Shown here: positions 1 through 11,772 of the stretch, piece after piece | Numbering within the stretch: position 1 is the stretch's first letter | Layout: the number at the start of each line of letters is the position of its first letter | Source: Octopus vulgaris | Lineage: Eukaryota | Reading direction: 5' to 3' | DNA: 64,000 nucleotides | NCBI GenBank assembly: GCA_951406725.2 | Contig: OX597834.1 | Location: 28,706,001 to 28,770,000, forward strand | Translations under genes and position numbers: made by a program | The notes under the pieces: generated by a model | The model's database searches: none | Told to the model about the DNA's origin: nothing | Seen by the model: only the letters and a program-made list of their open reading frames with translations

Positions 1-406
1 TCAACAGACACACTCATATAAGCACACAAATTCAGTCCATATTTGCACATATATATGCAGTGATATGCAGGCATGGCTGTGTGGTAAAAAGTATGCTTCC
101 CAACCACATAGTTCCAAGTTCAGTCCCACTGCATAGCACATTTGGCAAGTGTCTTCTACTATATCTCAGGCTGACTAAAGCCTTATGAGTAAATTTTGTA
201 GAAGGAAACTAGAAGGAGCCTGTCACACACATGTATGTATAGCTTAAACAAATGAGTACTTGGTCCGGATTCATTTGACTAAAAATTCTTCAAGGCAACA
301 GATGGTGCCCCAGCATGGCTGCAGTCTAATGACTGAAACAAGTAAAAGATACAAGATGCACACGCGCAAACACACACACACATTCCTTCAGATGAGAGTG
401 AAGTTG

Positions 407-789
407 CTAATACTGACCATGTTGTGAAACCAGCAAATAAAGGTCCGTCTTCTCAAGTTTCTCTAACAACAGTTCTTTCATACACTGGAATTTCTCTTGC
501 AGATCACAAGGACATTTCTGGTCAAGAACATGTGTGCCCAGGAGCCAGTTCTCTGCCTTCAGATCACTCAGTAGCTTCATTATATGGCCAATCGCCTCCG
601 TGATGGTCACAAGATAATCTGTGGCCTTGGATTGGTGCTCCAAGAAATCCCACCATTTTTGTACAAAAGTCATAATGTCTGCTGGTATTATGGAATGAAT
701 TGCCAGACTTAGTTGAGAAGACACACAAAACATAACAGGGTGGTCACAGCCTGTGTTCTTGCTTAGCAGCACATAACCTCGGAGAGTTC
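407..789 (-). CDS. PCS1: Phytochelatin synthase, third coding exon (end of catalytic domain plus variable C-terminal region)
   Basis: Acceptor ttttttgcag| at 790; continues DKATG-TLRGYVLLSK, matching the PCS 'TG..RGF.L' motif. Ends at TAG 407-409 (333 aa total) or splices at the G|GTCAGT donor after 418 to exons left of the window. Confidence 0.85.
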
Positions 790-1022
790 CTGCAAAAAAA
801 TAATGAAAAGTTACGTTTTCATAAATTGCAAAGAATAGTCAAAAACTGCCAGGACTCGACTCGATTCAATATTGGTTGACTATATCAAGAATTTTAGATT
901 ATTCATCACCAAAATCTTCAGGCATTCAGGAATAATTACATGGGAAATGGGACGGGATATGACCTAAATGCTCCCGCTTCACACCAGGCATGTCCTTGCT
1001 GACATATTTATGTGTGACTTTG

Positions 1023-1406
1023 TGGAGGCGCAATGGCCCAGTGGTTAGGGCAGCGGACTCGCGGTCATAGGATCGCAGTTTCGATTCCCAGACCGGGCGT
1101 TGTGAGTGTTTATTGGGCGAAAACACCTAAAGCTCCACGAGGCTCCGGCAGGGGATGGTGGTGATCCCTGCTGTACTCTTTCACCACAACTTTCTCTCAC
1201 TCTTACTTCCTGTTTCTGTTGTACCTGTATTTCAAAGGGCCGGATTTGTCACTCTCTGTGTCCCACTGAATCTCCCCGAGAACTACGTTAAGGGTACACG
1301 TATCTGTGGAGTGCTCAGCCACTTACACATTAATTTCACGAGCAGGCTGTTCCGTTGATTCAGATCAACCGGAACCCTCGTCGTTGTAACCGACGGAGTG
1401 CTTCCA
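1023..1406 (+). mobile_element. tRNA-derived SINE family A (other copies 11771-11926+, 28879-29263+, 41942-42269+, 51130-51435-, 52454-52842-)
   Basis: Head tggaggcgcaatggcccagtggttag (A box) ... gtttcgattccc (B box); highly similar copies across the window. Confidence 0.9.
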
Positions 1407-1822
1407 AATGTGTGAATTTAGATATGTGTGTCTATACACACACAAATGCAAAACAAGGTGGTGAAAATAGTATTTGAATACTGAAGGTGGAGTAATATGC
1501 TTTTTATTAATGTCGAAAAAATTCTTCAGAGAATGTTACTCTGAGTTTCATGTGACTGTTCGTGTATAGTATGATCACAACTGTCTCATGAAGTGTTACA
1601 ATGAAACTCTGAGTATTTGTTTGTGAAGATTTTTTTCAGCTTTAATAAACAGTATGACAAAATATTTGGGGGAAATAAATAAAAACTGGCTTGAGTTCTA
1701 GAACTCATAAAGTCAGTTACTTGGTTTCCATGGGGCACAAGAAAGCAAGAGCAGAATATTGCCCCTAAATAGCATGCAATTCAATTTACAGGGTTACTCA
1801 TTTTATAGAAGAGTAGACTCTC

Positions 1823-2226
1823 TCTTTTACTCTTTTACTTGTTTCAGTCATTTGACTATGGCCATGCTGGAGCACCGCCTATAATCGAGCAACTCGACCC
1901 CGGAACTTATTCTTTTGTAAGCCCAGTACTTATTCTATCGGTCTCTTTTGCCGAACCACTAAGTAAGGGGGACATAAACACACCAGCATCAGTTGTCAAG
2001 CAATGCTAGGGGGACAAACACAGACACACAAACACACACATATATATATATATATGCATATATACGCCAGGCTTCTTTCAGTTTCCGTCTACCAAATCCA
2101 CTCACAAGGCTTTGGTCGGCCCGAGGCTATAGTGGAAGACACTTGCCCAAGGTGCCACGCAGTGGGACTGAACCCGGAACCATGTGGTTGGTAAACAAGC
2201 TACTTACCACACAGCCACTCCTGTGC
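1823..2226 (-). mobile_element. SINE family B (other copies 68-355+, 5201-5476+, 9087-9484+, 10306-10711-, 17558-17941+, 28329-28729-, 29340-29768+, 31925-32306-, 40912-41318+, 43781-44187+, 50520-50632-, 61437-61850-)
   Basis: ggcgcaggagtggctgtgtggtaag head, ggcaccttgggcaagtgtcttc body, internal (TA)n(TG)n, gagtaaaa tail. Confidence 0.9.
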
Positions 2227-2423
2227 GGAGAAATTTGAAATGAAGTATTTTGCACTGCCCAGTCTGGGAATTGAAACTATAATCTTACACTCATGAGTAC
2301 AACACCCTGACCATGAGACCGTGCACCTTCACATGTAGTTGGATGAAGGAGGAAAAAAAGATGTGACATTCAAAGCTGGAATGTCTTTGATCATATCTAC
2401 CTGTGCAAAAGTCCACTACTAAC

Positions 2424-2646
2424 CTGTAGCTTTGTCCTGTGTGTTCATAGCAGTGAGTAAAGAGGGTAGATGTATCCAGTGGGGTGGATATTTGAACCGG
2501 GCTGTGTCCATCATGAGGACCATGTCGCGCCCAGGGTGATACCCTGCAATTGGTGAGAAATGTCCGTCTCCAGTTTGTTTGAGAACTTTACGGGAATACG
2601 TGGCCACAATGAATGCATCATCTCGTTTTGTGTAAGATTTCACAAC
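2424..2646 (-). CDS. PCS1: Phytochelatin synthase, second coding exon
   Basis: VVKSYTKRDDAFIVATYSRKVLKQTGDGHFSPIAGYHPGRDMVLMMDTARFKYPPHW: catalytic His (GHFSP) and Asp (DTARFKYPP). Acceptor aaag| at 2647, donor G|GTTAGT at 2423, phase 1; joins exon 1 in frame (FRN-VVKS). Confidence 0.95.
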
Positions 2647-3350
2647 CTTTTGTTTTGTTGAAAAATAGAAAGCAAAAAAAACATATTATTATAATAATAA
2701 TAATAATTGCGTACAGTGCTCAGGTGCACTACAACTCATCTAAAGTGTATATATAATCAGGTGTAGTTTCGGCGGATTTCGGAAATAATTTCTGCTTTGC
2801 AAGAATTAAAACATTAAAAATTAATTTATGTTGGCTGAAATAGCCAGATGAGCTACAGCTGAGCATTTTGGCTAATAATTCTGTCGGCTAACCACCTTCT
2901 GAAGAATAATATAATAGGTTTCAAATTTTGGCTCAAGGCCAGCTATTTCAGGGGAGTGAGTTAGTCAATTATATCAACACTGGTGTTCAACTGGTACTTA
3001 TTTTATCAACACTGAAAGGATGAAAGGCAAAGTCAACATCAGTGGAATTTGAACTCGGAACATCAACACAGATGAAATGTTGCTAAGCATTTTTTCCCAG
3101 TGTTCTAACGATTCTATGAACCTGCCACCAGACATTAGGTCCTTTCTATATATGACAGTTAGGTCTTTCCTCAAATTTCTGGCTTTGTGTCTATATACAA
3201 CAGCATATATATCATCATCATCCTTTAACGTCCGCTTTCCATGCTAGCATGGGTTGGACGATTTGACTGAGGACTGGCGAACCAAAGGGCTGCACCAGGC
3301 TCCAATCTGATCTGGCAGAGTTTCTACAGCTGGATGCCCTTCCTAACGCC

Positions 3351-3671
3351 GGAATTCCAACTCTGTCTGTCTTTTATGTTTTATTTATATTCTTATAATA
3401 TTAATATAGTATATAGAATATAGAATATATAATAAGAAAGAAATGAAATGAAGTATAGATTGTCTTATTGAACAAATGAAATATTGAAAATTAAATATTA
3501 AGTGTCTATTCTCATTGAACTAGTATATTTCCTTGCATTTAAGCATTCATCAGGTTCAGATTGTGACAGGAACGCTCTGACTGTCTTCCTTTCTTACTAT
3601 ATATTCTATATCCTATATTAATATTATAAGAATATAAATAAAACATAAAAAACAGACTGAGTAGGAATTCC
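3351..3671. mobile_element. Foldback element with ~70-bp inverted termini (GGAATTCC ends)
   Basis: Long AT-rich inverted arms; no clear TSD; decayed hammerhead-like motif inside (3516-3558, minus). Confidence 0.6.
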
Positions 3672-3714
3672 TTTGAGTAATATATTCTTCTATACACAAT
3701 CATACAAACCCCTT

Positions 3715-3750
<36 letters not shown>

Positions 3751-4113
3751 ATCAACCCAAGAGAATGGAAAGAAAAGCTAACCTCAGCAGAATTTGAACT
3801 CAGAAGAAATGCCACTGAGAATTTTGTCCAACCCTGTCTTGATTCTACCTGCTAAACATCTTCTGAGGCATCTACATAACTGGTTTCAAATTTTGGTACA
3901 GCACCAGCAATTTCATGGGAGAAGGTAAGTTGATTACATCAACCCCAGTGCTCAACTGGTACTTATTTATTGACACTGAGAGGATGAAAGGCAAAGTCGA
4001 CCTCAGTGGAATTTGAACTCCGAACATAAGGTAAGAAGAAATGTTCCTAAGCATTTTTCTGGCATGTTAACCATTCTGCCAGTACACCACCCTCTGAAGC
4101 ACCATATAATTAA

Positions 4114-4325
4114 CCCTTTTGTTACCAACCCGGCCAAAACCAGCTCTGGCTCTGTAGTATAAATGTCTTGTTTTCATAAGTTTTTCATTAAAATATACTT
4201 AGTCGCAATTTATGATCCTAACACTAGCTTAATGATAACTAAGTTACTTTACTAAATTCTTTGTTGTATTTAAAATAATTGAAAGAAGCACAGAGCATCT
4301 CAAAATGAATACGGTAACGAAAGGG
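4114..4325. mobile_element. piggyBac-type MITE in PCS intron
   Basis: TTAA-cccttttgttacc ... ggtaacgaaaggg-TTAA. Confidence 0.85.
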
Positions 4326-4340
4326 TTAAAAGATATTTAC

Positions 4341-4736
4341 ATTTCGGAAAGTTTCTTCGTCTTTTGGTTCCGGACGTACAACTGTTGTGACAAGACAATT
4401 ACACTGAGCAATACAAGTGAACTGCTCCAGACTGATTCCATTTACCTTGACCACCTCCAATGGAACACAGCATTCTAACATGTTTTCATGGTACCATCTC
4501 CATGGACCTTTCCATGCAATACCCGGATCAATCTCCAGTGCATTGAGTATCATGACCAATGTAGAGAGACCACAGTAGGCCGGTTCATCCTGTGTACGGA
4601 ACTGAGCTGCCAGTTTGAAGTAGCAATTCATGTATCCAGACATCAAGGCTTCGGTGAAGATAGTCTTGCCTTCTTCAGAAGAGAAGGAAATGCAGCTCTC
4701 TGGTAGAACCCGTTGGAAGAATTGACCCTTGTTCAT
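4341..4736 (-). CDS. PCS1: Phytochelatin synthase (glutathione gamma-glutamylcysteinyltransferase), first coding exon
   Basis: [12 protein letters not shown]...[68 protein letters not shown]: classic PCS N-terminal domain with catalytic Cys (QDEPAYCG). ATG at 4736 in ttcaccATG context with in-frame upstream TGA; acceptor tttacag at 4795-4794 (exon starts 4793); donor GTAAAT at 4340, phase 0. Confidence 0.95.
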
Positions 4737-4833
4737 GGTGAAGTAATTAGCTATTCAGTGAATGTGGAAGTCTCCTTGTGTCACCAACGGATTCTGTAAA
4801 ATACAGAAAAATAAATTTAACAAAAGAACAGAC

Positions 4834-4864
<31 letters not shown>

Positions 4865-5028
4865 TTAAAAGGTGAAAATATATTGAGCAGTAGTTGCTAC
4901 AACAAAGTAAAGATACAGGCAATAGTAGAAGACACTTGCGCAAAGTGCCCTGAAGTGGGACAGAACCCTGAACTATGTTGTTGGGAAGCATGCTTCTTAC
5001 CACACAGCTACACACATACACATACATG

Positions 5029-5085
<57 letters not shown>

Positions 5086-5775
5086 GCATGTATATACATA
5101 CATATACACACATGCATACATATATATACATACATATACACACATGCATACATTTATATACATACACACATGTATATAATAATAATAATAATAATAATAA
5201 GGCCTTGTGAGTGAATTTGGTAGACGGAAACTGAAAGAAGCCCGTCGTATATATGTATATATATATGTATGTGTGTGTATGTTTGTGTGTCTGTGTTTGT
5301 TCCCCTAGCATTGCTTGACAACCGATGCTGGTGTGTTTATGTCCCCGTCACTTAGCGGTTCGGCAAAAGAGACCGATAGAATAAGTACTGGGCTTACAAA
5401 GAATAAGTCCCGGGGTCGAGTTGCTCGATTAAAGGCGGTGCTCCAGCATGGCCGTAGTCAAAATGACTGAAACAAGAAAAAAGAAAAAGACTAATAATAA
5501 TAATAATAATAATAATAACAACAACAACAATAATCCTAGGTTGGAATTTATAAACATTTACTGCATCACTACAGACATTTCTACAAATCACATGACTCTT
5601 AAGATCACAGTCTGTATTCCTGAGATGATCACAGTGTAGTCCATCGTATCCGTGGACATCCAATTTGATGCAGCCCTGAAAACCTGGCTTGCTTAGTCAG
5701 CATCATTAGACAGTGGCCAGCTTAATGGAACAAGAGCTTTATTTGCATATTCAAACCGTTTCCCATAAACAAATT

Positions 5776-6030
5776 AAAAATTTATGCAGATGACTGTCTT
5801 AGTCACTCATACAGTGGATGACATGCAAATACTCATGAATTGCATTTCTGCTTCTTGCAGGGCATTTGGACTCAGCATTAGCCTGGACAAGACTGTGGTA
5901 ATGTTCCAGCCTGCACCAGGAAATCCATGTATAGAACCAGCTATCTTGGTTGAAGGAACAATTCTGAAGGTAGTAGACAAGTTTGTCTACCTGGGCAGCA
6001 CACTCAGCTGTTCTTGCTCCCTGGATGGAT
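5776..6030 (+). mobile_element. RTE (BovB-like) LINE reverse transcriptase fragment in PCS 5' intron
   Basis: YADDC (frameshift) HTVDDMQILMNCISASCRAFGLSISLDKTVVMFQPAPG...VVDKFVYLGSTLS. Confidence 0.85.
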
Positions 6031-6066
6031 GAAGAAATATACACACACACATATATATATATATAT

Positions 6067-6309
6067 ATAAATGAAAGAATGGAGTTGAACGACGAATTAA
6101 CAAAATTCCTTTAATGGGCTCCGTGTGGGCAGTCATCTAAAAGTTTTTGTTCATCTTGATGCTGACATAAGTTCATTGTTTTTCCTGATGAGAAGGTGGC
6201 ATAATGCCCCCCTTATTCCTTCGAAATTAGGAATATGCAGCCTTCGAAACATATGTCGAGATTAAAGGAATTTTGTTAATTCGTCGTTCAACTCCATTCT
6301 TTCATTTAT
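6067..6309. mobile_element. Penelope-like terminal-repeat fragment with 49-bp perfect inverted repeat and hammerhead
   Basis: 6067-6115 is the exact reverse complement of 6261-6309; hammerhead lies between, ending at the start of the right arm; (TA)n-flanked. Confidence 0.65.
6181..6261 (+). ncRNA. Minimal type I hammerhead ribozyme with extended stem II
   Basis: uuuc-CUGAUGA-gaagg..gcaua...uaugc..ccuuc-GAAA-C(auau)G-UC-gaga; palindromic stem III ACAUAUGU. Confidence 0.78.
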
Positions 6310-6460
6310 TTGTATTTAAAAAAAACACACAAATTTCCACACGAAAGCACGTGATCTCTGCCCTTGGCATGTAGCTTCAACCGTGTTTTTCTGAAGTGAA
6401 TTTGCTACCCAGGTATCGGTTAACCGAATTATCCATACTAAGATAATTCATTCAACTACT

Positions 6461-6500
<40 letters not shown>

Positions 6501-7884
6501 CATATATATGATGGGCTTCCTCCAATTTCTATCAATGAAGTCCACTTGAAGGCTTTGGTCAGCCCAAAGCTCTGCGCAGTGGCACCGAATCCATGACCAT
6601 ATGGAAAGCAAACTTCTCGCCATGCAGCCACAAGAAAATGCTTTGAGAAGTTTATCATGGAGAAAAGGAAAATGTCAATACTTCCCATGATAAAAATATG
6701 AAAGTATTTTCTTTTTGATGTTTTATATAAATTTATTCATGTGAACCCTTTTAACCTCTTTTTTAACACACCCACACACACAATTAGATAGTCAGGCACA
6801 CCAAAAAAAAAAGACTAATACTACATAGCAAAACTTTTGGCCTCCTTGACATGTTTCCATTGTTATCTTATAATATCTTCAGTCAGCAGGTGACATACTT
6901 AGAGGTCATATTCACCTGTCTCTGGGTCAAACAAGAGGTGTGGAGAGTGGAAGTAACCCAGTTAGTGATGGTTGATGGAGCAGGGTATTGTTAATGCAGA
7001 GAGCTGGTAGAAACGTTAGCACGTCGGGCGAAATGCTTAGCGGTATTTCATCTGCCGTTACGTTGTGAGTTCAAATTCCGCCGAGGTCGACTTTACCTTT
7101 CATCCTTTCGGGGTCGAAAAATCAAGTACCAGTTACGCACTGGGGTCGATGTAACCGACTTAATACCCAATGTATGTTCTTGTTTGTCCCCTTTGTGTTT
7201 AGCCCCTTGTGGGTAATAAAGAAATAGGTATTGTTAATGAATGTAACACCTATATTCTCTTTCTCTGTCAATAGAGACAAGCAAAAGATAATTGTGATGT
7301 ACAGCATCTCAAAAGTGTTTGTAGAAAATTTCAGTAAAAAATATCCATTTTCCTGAAAGTTACAAAAAAAACAAATTTAGGTTGGTCAGAGATAAGGCAC
7401 ACTTGCATACGGATGGGTTTAGGTCAAGGCTGGGTTTAGCAGTATATTCGATTAGCCCCACAGCAGAGCTGGGGGGGGGGCACACTATGAGAGACAATGG
7501 CAGACTGAGCCGTCGGTCAATCGGGTACTGCCCGAGGGTCCGGAGCTCTGAGGGGCCCGTACTTTACATGTTAACTCTCTTTGATATCAATGCTAAGGGG
7601 CCGGTTGCACAGTCCGACCCTGATGAGAGGAATCGGCCGTACCGATTTCTTTTGTTGCGGTCTACCGTAACCCTTTCCGTTCCGACCGCCGTGCCACGCT
7701 TCATCTCCAGTCGGATACATAAACGATGGAACCTTCGGAGAGCAGCATGGTCCACGTGTCGGCGAGAGTACGGCACAGATGGAACCTCGCACCTGCCGCT
7801 TAATTTATAATTACGCCGAACAGAGAAATACACAACATTTACAGCAAAACGACAACAACGATAATAATAACAACAAAACCATAC

Positions 7885-8277
7885 CTCGGCAAAATAAGCT
7901 CTCACCCCTATTTCTGACCCGTATACATACCCGTTGGTGTATATGGAAGGTAATTTGGTGCCGCTCGTACCGAAGTTGGAATTAACACTTGTTTACTTTC
8001 TTCGAGAACTACGCTATGACATCACATCCGGGTTTTTTTTTTAATTTTTTTTTTTCCCTTTCTATTTCAGTTAAGCCTCAGCCATGACGTCATACGAACC
8101 TAACAAACAAACACTTGCATGGTTTATCTTTTATCAAACTCTGCCCGACCACTCCATCACACACACACACACACAGATATATATAAATATATTTGTGCGC
8201 ATGTGTTATATGCATGTAAAAACATAAATCAGGAAGGAGGTATGGAAAGTGAATACAGGTTTTTTTAACCACGTGAC
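7885..8277 (-). promoter_or_regulatory. Putative PCS promoter / non-coding first exon
   Basis: Candidate donor GAG|GTATGG at 7884 next to a CpG-rich stretch (7380-8000). Motifs: CCGGATGTGATGTCA (ETS/CRE-like, 8017-8031), palindromic ATGACGTCAT (CRE, 8084-8093), TTCgaGAA (8001-8008), GTCACGTGG E-box (8269-8277). Inference only, no transcript data. Confidence 0.4.
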
Positions 8278-8287
8278 TTCCACAGGA

Positions 8288-8385
<98 letters not shown>

Positions 8386-8464
8386 TTAAATTGGCGCTTG
8401 AAAAGCCATCTATAAAGTCTTTTTGACGCGAAACTATCGGTCACTTTATGACCGGACATATATT

Positions 8465-8597
8465 GGATCTTTTCCTTTTGAACGGCAGTTTTCAACGCAA
8501 TTTTTAGTTAACTAAACACTTAAACTTCGTATACTGGTAGAATGTGTCAAAATAAAACATTTTTTCTCTTGGCTTTCTTGAGAAAATTGTAATTTGT
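8465..8597 (+). mobile_element. Truncated left arm of the Merlin-like MITE family
   Basis: Near-identical to 34060-34187. Confidence 0.7.
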
Positions 8598-9486
8598 AAG
8601 CTGTTTATCTTGATATGAGATCACCATGTCGCGCACGTATGGTTGTAATGCATGTGCCTAGTGTACCCTTATCAGATGGGTAATCATGATGGGTATACTG
8701 GGCTTCGAATATATTTTGCCCCAGTGTTACTCTGATGGCATGCACTGCTCTCTCACCCAATGATGATGATGATGATGATGAAGATGATGATGATGATGAT
8801 AATGACCAGCCCGAAATATAACAATATATTATTATAACTAAATGCGAGCTGGCAGAATCGTTAGCATGCCGGGAGAAATGCTTAGTAGTATCTCGTCTGT
8901 CGCTACGTTCTGAGTTCAAATTCTACCGAGGTCAACTTTGCGTTTCATCCTTTCGAGGTCGATAAATTAAGTACCAGTGAAACACTGGAGTCGATGCAAT
9001 CAACTATTCCTCTGCCCCAAATTTCAGGCCTTGTTCCTATTGTAGAAAGGACTATAACTGAACATAAAAAGAAATACTTATTTAGGGTGGCTGTGTTGTA
9101 AGAAGCTAGCTTCCCAACCACATGGTTCCGGGTTCAGTCCCACTGCGTGGCCTCTCAGCTAAATATTTTCTACTATAGCCTCGACTAAAAGCCCTGTGAG
9201 CGGATTTGGTAGCCGGAAACTGAAAGAAGCTCGTCTTGAATGTATATCTATATGTATGTGTGTGTGTGTATTTATGATTGTGTGTCAGTGTTTGTCCCTC
9301 TACCATCGCTTGACAACCGATGCTGGTGTGCTTATGTCCCCGTAAGCTAGTGGTTCGGCAGAACAGACCGATAGAATAAGTACTAGGCTCTCAAAGAATA
9401 AGTCTTGGGGCTCGATTTTTTTTGTTGCTATAACCATATAAAGCTGTGCTCCAGCATGACCGCAGTCAAATGACTGAGACATGTAA

Positions 9487-9526
<40 letters not shown>

Positions 9527-9771
9527 CACGCATTGAGTCGATCCAGGGACAGCTGATGAAGGGGAATGTTCCTTGTATTGTTTGTCTTGTACTCTGTTTT
9601 TTCGTTGTTAAAAAAGTCCGTTTCCTTGTTTGTTTTTATGTTTTCGTTTCTCGTTGTGTTCTACGTTTATTTGTGGTGTCCTGTACTTATATATGCATGT
9701 ATATATACATATAGATGTAGGTATGTACGTATATGTATGTATGTATGCATATGTTTTATTTATTAAATTGT

Positions 9772-9813
<42 letters not shown>

Positions 9814-10305
9814 TAAGGGTAGAAATTGATATTTATCAATTAAAACCAGTGGTCTAGCATATTAAAAAAGAATCCGAAGATTAAAATATTTATATATACC
9901 AATTAAGGACTGAACACGAAAAGTGGACAGTCAACATGCTAGATATAGACGTCAAATCGCCATTCTCTACAAAGATTATGTTCTCAAGATTATATATATA
10001 TACATATCTCTCTCTCTCGTAAAAAAACATCGTTCACTTGAAACACACCCAACTGAAGCAGGTCATTGACCCTGATATTTAAAGTTTTGATATTCATTTA
10101 TAATTTTTGTATTTTTCCTGAAGAACGACCGTATTTTACTTAGAAATTTCAAGTGTTATTTCCCTTGTTTTTTTAACATCACAAATGACAAAATTATCTC
10201 CCTTTATCTTTTATCGTTTACTTATTTCAGTCATTGAACTGCGGTCATGCTGGGGCACTGCCTTGAAGAATTTTAGTTGAACGAATTGACACCAGTACAT
10301 TTTTT

Positions 10306-10711
10306 ACTCTTTACTCTTTTACTTATTTCAGTCATTTGACTGCGGCCATGCTGGAGCACCGCCTTCAGTCGAGCAAATCGACCCCAGGACTTATTCTTTA
10401 GAAACCTAGTACTTATTCTATCGGTCTCTTTTGCCGAAGTGCTACGTTACGAGGACGTAAACACACCAGCATCGGTTGTCAAGTGATTTGGGGGAGGGAC
10501 AAACACAGACACCCAAACACACACACACATATATATATTATATATACGACGAGCTTCTTTCAGTTTCCGTCTACCAAATCCACTCACAAGGCTTTGGTCG
10601 GCCCGAGGCTATAGCAGAAAACACTTGCCCAAGGTGCCACGCAGTGGGACTGAACCCGGAACCATGTGGTTGGTAAGCAAGCTACTTACCACACAGCCAT
10701 TCCTACGCCTA
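10306..10711 (-). mobile_element. SINE family B copy
   Basis: Full-length match to 1823-2226. Confidence 0.88.
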
Positions 10712-10828
10712 TTTTGAGAACTTTAAAAAAATGTCTGGCATGTTATAATTCTTGAGATCCTCCTGAAACTTATAAATATATTTAAATGTTGTGACATTGT
10801 TATAATTTATATATATGTGTGTGTGTGA

Positions 10829-11178
10829 TGCTTTGGAAACCAGACAAAAACTGCTGCAGCTCGTCTGGGATGTGTTACCTCATCCTCCATATTCACCAGA
10901 TTTTGCTCCTTCGGATTTCCACTTATTCAGGTCTCTGCTGAATAGTCTTAATGGTAAAAATTTCAATTCCTTGGATGACGTAAAAAGATACCTTGATGAA
11001 TTCTTTGCCATGAAACCACCTCAGTTCTGTGAAGAGGGTATTTTCAAGTTAAAGGAAAGATGGAGACGCATTGTGCAACAAAATGTTTCGTATTTGGTTG
11101 ATTAAAAATGTAACGGCAAGTATTTATTGACCTTTTTCTTTCCTTTAAAAATCGGCACGAACATTCCGGACAACCCAA
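10829..11178 (+). mobile_element. Mariner transposon 3' fragment with right TIR
   Basis: WDVLPHPPYSPDFAPSDFHLFRSL...GIFKLKERW; TIR ...cggcacgaacattccggacaacccaa followed by TA. Confidence 0.9.
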
Positions 11179-11461
11179 TATAGAGATGTGTATGTGTGTC
11201 TGTGTATGTCTTTTGAAGTTATTTGAAGGCATGAAGAGAGACAGTTTCTATTTAGACAGACTGTGAGAGAAAGAAGGAAAGGAAGAAAGGAAAAGAATAT
11301 AACAACACGAAGTAAACTCTTTGCGGTCCTATTCGGTGATTTGTTACCAGGCTTAAGATTTTTTATACTTCTTACTGTTGTGAATCTAAATAAACTGTCT
11401 TGTTACGCAGAAACGACAGCTTAAACATGCCCATCTCTCTCTCTCTCTTTCTCTCTCTCTG

Positions 11462-11505
<44 letters not shown>

Positions 11506-11640
11506 TTTCCCTCTTTCTTTCTCGCGCTCTTTCGCACTTTCTCCCTCTCTCATGATAAAAGACCGAGAGTTCTGTGGAGGTCGGAACATCTGATTCCCAT
11601 AATGCATAGCAACAATATAGCAGACACGTCGAAATGACAC

Positions 11641-11679
<39 letters not shown>

Positions 11680-11735
11680 GCACGCACAAACAGAGGTATG
11701 TATATATGGGTGTATATACATACACACATACATAC

Positions 11736-11772
<37 letters not shown>

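Noticed and set aside
1023-1096. tRNA gene
   Set aside because: tRNA-like head of a multi-copy SINE; no proper cloverleaf or terminator.
7616-7662. Hammerhead candidate gacc-CTGATGA-hairpin-ggtc
   Set aside because: No GAAA core or stem III after the hairpin.
7382-7985. Overlapping 68-142 aa ORFs in the GC-rich stretch
   Set aside because: No recognisable domain; long ORFs are expected from higher GC; better explained as promoter/5' region.
10815-11105. SETMAR-like host gene exon
   Set aside because: Followed directly by a mariner TIR plus TA and truncated at a microsatellite, so a transposon relic.
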